Below the pieces are notes generated by a model that was not told where the DNA came from, did not search any database, and saw only the letters and a program-made list of their open reading frames with translations. Position numbers and translations under genes: made by a program. Shown here in pieces: positions 41,198 to 45,712 of a stretch of DNA of 45,712 nt (position 1 is its first letter; the number at the start of each line of letters is the position of its first letter). Origin of the DNA: an uncultured Candidatus Saccharibacteria bacterium (GTDB lineage: Bacteria > Patescibacteriota > Dojkabacteria > SC72); the NCBI GenBank assembly GCA_964625015.1, contig CAZUZI010000003.1:854-46565 (forward strand). Reading direction: 5' to 3'.

Positions 41198-41515
41198 ATG
41201 CATAAACATGTCGAGAAGAGAATTTTGTCTGAAGATAGTGGATTCCTCTATTTTGTAGCACAAGAGAATGATACTCCAATAGGATTTGTTAATTTAATGG
41301 TAGATGAGCAAAATATTGGGAATATAACGATAATCTCTGGCGAAAGTGATAGTGTAACAAAGGAGCTATTCGAATATAGTATGTCATATTTTAAAAATAC
41401 AAATATAAGTAGAGTTGAATTAGAGATATTTCCAAATGAGAAGTACTTAGAATCCTTAATTAACAATCTCAATGGTGAAGCAATATTAAAAAGATATAAG
41501 ATAAATGCAAAATAA
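41198..41515 (+). CDS. GNAT-fold-like small protein (degenerate); the tracked ORF is probably N-terminally incomplete
   Basis: The pattern FLYFVAQENDTPIGFVNLMVDE...ITII is GNAT-like, but there is no clear R/QxxGxG/A CoA motif. The same frame is open upstream to 41045 without any ATG, GTG or TTG. Confidence 0.35.
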   Translation: MHKHVEKRILSEDSGFLYFVAQENDTPIGFVNLMVDEQNIGNITIISGESDSVTKELFEYSMSYFKNTNISRVELEIFPNEKYLESLINNLNGEAILKRYKINAK

Positions 41516-41583
41516 TAATGACAAACGAATTAACAGGATTCGATGAACTTAACAGTAACTTCTTTAAGAAGCAGTACAAGCTC

Positions 41584-41796
41584 TTACAAGATTCTTTCTT
41601 GTGATTTTTTCTCCTTTAATGACATTGCCATATTAAGACCAGAGAAACTAAGATGAATTATACACTCTTCGTATAAAGGTCCCTTCATCTTTTTCTTCTC
41701 TTTATTATGAAATTTAAGTAGCATCCTATTTATGATCCTCTCATAGCTACTTAATTTCTTAACCATCTCTTGTATTTCTTTCTCTGTATATTTCAT
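41584..41796 (-). CDS. Hypothetical small protein (70 aa)
   Basis: This is an ORF only. It is Lys/Glu-rich and I recognise no motif. Confidence 0.3.
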   Translation of the reverse strand: MKYTEKEIQEMVKKLSSYERIINRMLLKFHNKEKKKMKGPLYEECIIHLSFSGLNMAMSLKEKKSQERIL

Positions 41797-41991
41797 CCTT
41801 CCTTTTTTACATTTAAATACATCTACCCTTTGGAAAACTAGAGAATGTGGTTTGAAGTATTTTTAATATACCAGAGCTGTTTATATATTTCCTGACCGTA
41901 TAGGAGGTATTTTAATCTTGTATTTCTTTGCTATATGTACGCTAAATATACACCTCTACATCAATACTTCTAATTATGATATCCTGAATAT

Positions 41992-42618
41992 ATGTCGAAG
42001 AGAATAAAAAGCATACTAAATATCTATACTGTATTGGGATTCTCACTTCTTTTACTTACACTTGTATTGGTTGCAGTCCCTATCTCGCCATATGTGTGGT
42101 ATAGGATAAATCCCGCAGAAACGGATAGAGAAATCAAAAAGATAACAGTAGATGTAGTAGAAGAGGATATAAAACAAGGAGATGGGAAGAAAAATATACC
42201 AACACTTAACGAAGATTTACCAGAAGGATATCATGTAATAATTAGCTCAATAAACGTTAACTCTCCAGTATCTGATAGTAGGGATTACACAAAAGCATTA
42301 AGAAGTGGATCATGGATAGTACCAGAGTACGGTACTCCAGAAAAAGATGAACTACCAATAATAATTGCTTCTCATCGATTTGGATATGCAAGTTGGAGTA
42401 ATGAATTTAGAAATAGGATATCCTTCTTTAATCTCCCAAAAACAGATATAGGTGATACTGTAAGTATATATTGGAATCAAAGAGAGTATGTTTACAAAAT
42501 ATATGGAAAAGAGGAAAGTACATATATATCTGACTATAATGCAGACTTAATACTGTATACATGTAAATATTTTAATTCTCCGATAAGGATATTTAGATAT
42601 GCGGAAAGGATTAATTAG
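41992..42618 (+). CDS. Sortase-family transpeptidase
   Basis: It has an N-terminal membrane anchor (ILNIYTVLGFSLLLLTLVLVAV). The His motif is IIIASHRFG, the catalytic Cys motif is LILYTC (TLxTC-like), and a downstream Arg is present (IRIFRY). Confidence 0.7.
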   Translation: MSKRIKSILNIYTVLGFSLLLLTLVLVAVPISPYVWYRINPAETDREIKKITVDVVEEDIKQGDGKKNIPTLNEDLPEGYHVIISSINVNSPVSDSRDYTKALRSGSWIVPEYGTPEKDELPIIIASHRFGYASWSNEFRNRISFFNLPKTDIGDTVSIYWNQREYVYKIYGKEESTYISDYNADLILYTCKYFNSPIRIFRYAERIN

Positions 42619-43432
42619 TATCTTTATACTTAAATCTATATCTTTTTTCATTCTTTTTTCATTCTTTGTAATGATATTTCCATCTAAGTTATCTGATTCT
42701 TCAGAAACTATAAATAATGGAAAAAATATTGAAGAAGAAGATGATTTTGAAATAAAGGAACCGAGAGAAACAGATCCAGAAAAAAAACCAGAAGATCGTG
42801 AGACTCCATCATCAGATAATTGGTGGAAATACCCAGAAACAATATATGAGGCAACAAGAGATGGAAACGATTTATTAGTATTAGTAAATAAAAAGTTTAG
42901 ATTACCTAGTACCTATGCACCATCTGATTTAGTTAAAGCAAGTAATTCCGGTATACGAAAAGGAGAAAACTACTATTTAAGAAATATTATCATTCCTGAT
43001 CTAACAGATATGGTAAATGATTCCAAAGCATCAGGAATTGATCTTAGTATCGTAAGTGGCTACAGATCGTACCAAACACAAGTGAGTACATATAACTACT
43101 GGTTAACAAAGAACAGTAACAATATTGAATATGTAGATACATTTTCAGCTAGACCGGGACATAGTCAGCATCAACTTGGTACGGTTATTGATTTCAGTAG
43201 TAATGAAATAGGTGATGTATTAGGGGATTCCTTTGCAAATACAAATGCATATAAATGGTTAACTGAGAATGCATACAGATATGGTTTTGTCATTTCATAT
43301 CCAAAGGGATATGAGAGTATAACTGGGTATAAATATGAGAGTTGGCATTACAGATACATTGGTAAAAGTAATGCCTTAGAGATGAAAAACTCTAAATCAA
43401 TACTTGAAGAGTATTTAAGGAATAAGAATTAA
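42599..43432 (+). CDS. M15-family (VanY-like) D-alanyl-D-alanine carboxypeptidase
   Basis: It has an N-terminal anchor. Motifs seen are SGYRSYQTQ, the zinc ligand motif GHSQHQLGTVIDF and ESWHYRY. Confidence 0.8.
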   Translation: MRKGLISIFILKSISFFILFSFFVMIFPSKLSDSSETINNGKNIEEEDDFEIKEPRETDPEKKPEDRETPSSDNWWKYPETIYEATRDGNDLLVLVNKKFRLPSTYAPSDLVKASNSGIRKGENYYLRNIIIPDLTDMVNDSKASGIDLSIVSGYRSYQTQVSTYNYWLTKNSNNIEYVDTFSARPGHSQHQLGTVIDFSSNEIGDVLGDSFANTNAYKWLTENAYRYGFVISYPKGYESITGYKYESWHYRYIGKSNALEMKNSKSILEEYLRNKN

Positions 43433-43441
43433 TAGTAAGGA

Positions 43442-44161
43442 TTACGATTTCAACCAATCCAATCTGCTTACTTGCTTCTTCTTCTCTTCTTTCTCTTTTT
43501 CTAAGAGTTCGTTATGAGTATTAATGAATGACATTATCTTTTTAAATAGTTCTTTTTCAGAATCATCTAATTTTTCTAATGATTCTGGAACTGGAAGAGG
43601 TTTTTTAGGCGCTCCAAACTTGTAACTACGATCCTGTAAAACGATATCATCTTTATAAAGATCTAAATAGTTAACGATGTCTGCTCCATACTTTGAAAAA
43701 AGAACAGCTCCGCCATGAAATAACAAACCCTCGAAAAGCTCATTTACATTTTGAGCAACTTCATGTTTAAGATTTACAAGATTCTCTTTCAAGAATTTAA
43801 GCCTCTCATCAGAAATAGATCCATATAGTTTGATAGTTTCATCACCATTTCCTCTTATAATTGCAGTAAACATCCCTTGCTCTTCTATTCCCCACATTCC
43901 AGTCTGAATTGCAGTCTCACCATTTTTATCAACAAATTCTTTGAAAGCATGTGGGTATATCTCCCTCAAAGTATCCATTACTTCAACATTTGCTCTTTCT
44001 CCCTCTGTAAGACCTGTTTCATGTTGCTCTCGAAGTTTTTCTTCTACTAGAAGAGCAGTATTTTCTGCATGAGCAATATCCCACGCATCACTAGGGTTAT
44101 TAATTTGGCCATTGTCATTATAAAATGGTTGATTATCAATCTTGTTTGTTTCCTGATCCAT
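43442..44161 (-). CDS. Hypothetical protein
   Basis: This is an ORF only, with no signal peptide. The tracked start at 44170 is TTG and an ATG lies at 44161. Confidence 0.45.
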   Translation of the reverse strand: MDQETNKIDNQPFYNDNGQINNPSDAWDIAHAENTALLVEEKLREQHETGLTEGERANVEVMDTLREIYPHAFKEFVDKNGETAIQTGMWGIEEQGMFTAIIRGNGDETIKLYGSISDERLKFLKENLVNLKHEVAQNVNELFEGLLFHGGAVLFSKYGADIVNYLDLYKDDIVLQDRSYKFGAPKKPLPVPESLEKLDDSEKELFKKIMSFINTHNELLEKEKEEKKKQVSRLDWLKS

Positions 44162-44282
44162 AGAGGGCAATATAATAAGTTTATTAATATTTATAGAATA
44201 TTTAAATAATTAATGTCAACTTATTGGTTTGACAAGTCCTCTCCGCCACGCCCCATAGCATAGACTATACTGCCATATATAT

Positions 44283-44290
44283 GGTATAAT
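44283..44290 (+). promoter_or_regulatory. Extended -10 element (TGGTATAAT) upstream of the 78-aa ORF
   Basis: TGnTATAAT lies 34 nt upstream of the ATG at 44324. A TTGACA at 44229-44234 is too far away to pair with it. Confidence 0.35.
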
Positions 44291-44323
44291 GTTCCTGCAT
44301 TTAATTTAACTAGCCCTTTAAAT

Positions 44324-44560
44324 ATGAGGAAGTTATTAACAGCAATTTTAACTGTAGCTACTCTCTTCCTTATGAATGCGACCAGCACATATGCAGATGG
44401 AAATCCATATGGCCCTTATCAGCCATATCAACCTCATAAACCAGTACCAACAGGTTTTGATGATACATCCATCTTCTATATCGCAGCTGGAGCTGCATTT
44501 GTAATTGGAATGTCTGTACTTGCTACAGTTAAATACCTAAAGGCAAAGCAATCTATCTAA
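44324..44560 (+). CDS. Small secreted protein with an LPXTG-like (VPTG) C-terminal sorting signal
   Basis: The signal peptide is MRKLLTAILTVATLFLMNATSTYA/DG. The mature part is a PY-rich 19-mer, then PVPTG, then a hydrophobic stretch (IFYIAAGAAFVIGMSVLATV) and a basic tail (KYLKAKQSI). Confidence 0.55.
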   Translation: MRKLLTAILTVATLFLMNATSTYADGNPYGPYQPYQPHKPVPTGFDDTSIFYIAAGAAFVIGMSVLATVKYLKAKQSI

Positions 44561-44622
44561 TAGGGTAGATTGCCCCTTTGGGGCTTTAAATGCATAAATA
44601 TTTCATATTTTTATTTACTTGA

Positions 44623-45375
44623 ATGAAACTATCTTTAGTTATACCAACATACAAAAAACAAAGAGAAGTATTGGATCAATTGGAAAGAGTATATGGGTAC
44701 CTTTCTAGAAAGAATCCTGATTTTGAACTCATCTTCGTAATTGATGGGTATGTTGATAATACTAAGGATATTTTAAATACCTATATTAAAGAAAACAGAC
44801 TTAAAAAAGCATCCGTTATTGGATATAGGAAGAATATGGGTAAAGGTTATGCAGTAAGATACGGAATGAAGAAAGCTACAGGTGATATAGTTGGCTTTAT
44901 TGATGCAGATACTGATATACAGATTAGAACACTCCATTATGCACTAAAAGCAATAAAGAGAGATGACGTTATGGCCGTTATCCCTTCTAAGCTACATAGC
45001 GATTCTAATGTAGAAATGACATTTACAAGAGAGATATTCTCATACGGTTTAATACTTGTCAATAAGGTATTCTTAAACTTACCAGAATCTGTTACAGATG
45101 TAGGTTGTGGTCTAAAACTTTTTAATAAAGATTTAATCAAAAGAATATTACCTAGATTAAAGGTAAATAGGTTTGCAATTGACTCTGAAATATTAAATGA
45201 GATTGGTAGAGTAGGGTATACAGTTTCTGTAACACCTTTCTATATGAACAAGAATAGAAGTGAAAGTACTTCTGCAAATATAAAAGAATCTATAAGAATG
45301 TTTAAGGATATACTTTCTATATCTCAAAGTAACAACAGTTTGGTTCTTAATAAGTTAATAAAACTTTACAAATAA
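44623..45375 (+). CDS. Family 2 glycosyltransferase (polyprenyl-phosphate sugar synthase-like)
   Basis: Motifs seen are LSLVIPTYKK, VIDGYVDNT and FIDADTD (DxD), consistent with a GT-A fold. It is 250 aa. Confidence 0.75.
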   Translation: MKLSLVIPTYKKQREVLDQLERVYGYLSRKNPDFELIFVIDGYVDNTKDILNTYIKENRLKKASVIGYRKNMGKGYAVRYGMKKATGDIVGFIDADTDIQIRTLHYALKAIKRDDVMAVIPSKLHSDSNVEMTFTREIFSYGLILVNKVFLNLPESVTDVGCGLKLFNKDLIKRILPRLKVNRFAIDSEILNEIGRVGYTVSVTPFYMNKNRSESTSANIKESIRMFKDILSISQSNNSLVLNKLIKLYK

Positions 45376-45383
45376 TAGGAGTA

Positions 45384-45412
45384 TTGATAAATATTCCAAC
45401 CTATAGTATAAT
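45384..45412 (+). promoter_or_regulatory. Putative orphan promoter (TTGATA-17-TATAAT) with no downstream ORF in the window
   Basis: Hexamers and the 17-nt spacer are read directly. The following 300 nt have no ORF of 60 aa or more in the track. Confidence 0.4.
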
Positions 45413-45712
45413 ATAGATAGATTAATTAAAGATTGCTCTTTAATAAGTAATAAGAATTTCCCACAAGAAATGTGTGCATGAGTATTCATAGATAGAGATT
45501 TATATCTTTAATATGAGTTCTTATGAACTCAGATCTTTAAAAAGTTTCTAAATATATTACATAGATTTATATCTTATATATTTAGAACAAAATAGCGTGT
45601 GATGAAATAGAATAGAGTAGGTATAGTTCTTCCATATTGGTTCACTTACAGTGGATCTAGCTAATTAACATATTTAGTTAGTTTGATCCACTGCTAAGTG
45701 GTGAAATAAAAA

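Noticed and set aside
41518-41604. A 28-codon ORF (MTNELTGFDELNSNFFKKQYKLLQDSFL) sits after the GNAT-like gene. It begins with the same TAATGACAAA context as the ATG at 41067.
   Set aside because: It is too short to support. It overlaps the convergent 70-aa ORF, and the shared 10-mer is AT-rich and could arise by chance. I am not reporting it as a gene.
45643-45700. I considered whether the long hairpin at the window end is a tRNA or an intrinsic terminator.
   Set aside because: It has no cloverleaf and no T-loop (GGTTCGAATCC-like) or D-loop sequence. On neither strand is the stem followed by a U-tract; the plus-strand tail is GTGAAATAAAAA and the T-run precedes the stem on the minus strand. 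It is kept only as part of the structured-region finding.
1-45712. I considered an alternative genetic code with UGA recoded (code 4 or 25), given the AT-rich, possibly CPR-like genome.
   Set aside because: Standard-code translation gives uninterrupted ORFs of 1401, 1090, 936 and 905 aa with intact conserved motifs. TGA also serves as the stop in three ATGA start/stop junctions (22533, 25646, 27812). There is no sign of in-frame TGA read-through.

Overview
This is a 45.7-kb, AT-rich, tightly packed bacterial window that reads with the standard genetic code. No rRNA, tRNA, CRISPR array or transposase is visible. All calls come from reading the translated ORFs for family motifs; no homology search was run.

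Gene content, left to right:
- **Giant surface protein (5'-truncated).** It has Gly-rich beta-helix-like modules plus FN3-like repeats. A MacB/FtsX-type ABC pair follows it after a 6-nt gap.
- **Dus-family tRNA-dihydrouridine synthase**, on the minus strand.
- **Small membrane protein** translationally coupled to a membrane-anchored ClpB/ClpC-like double AAA+ ATPase.
- **Housekeeping block:** rpmF-nusB-rnc-rpsP-KH.
- **Type IV pilus supercluster,** about 20.7 kb, all on the minus strand (13220-33903). The order is pilB, pilT, pilC, pilin, pilD, pilin, four minor or pseudo-pilins, a CheY-like receiver, then pilM, pilN, pilO. There is no secretin.
- **FemAB-family transferase and holB.**
- **gyrB and gyrA,** separated by an unknown ORF.
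- **Cell-envelope cluster:** sortase, M15 VanY-like peptidase, a 78-aa protein with a sortase-type sorting signal, and a GT2 glycosyltransferase.

The strongest candidate for something undescribed sits inside the pilus operon, between the receiver and pilM. It is a tandemly duplicated two-gene cassette. Each copy has a single-pass membrane protein gene that overlaps the start of a very large Sec-secreted protein of 855 or 1090 aa. The two large proteins have cysteine-dense N-terminal halves, a shared core of about 640 aa, and a conserved C-terminus.

The composition, the secretin-less pilus, the sortase and FemAB genes, and insertions in housekeeping proteins suggest a monoderm, possibly a CPR/Patescibacteria-like organism. 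That is inference only.
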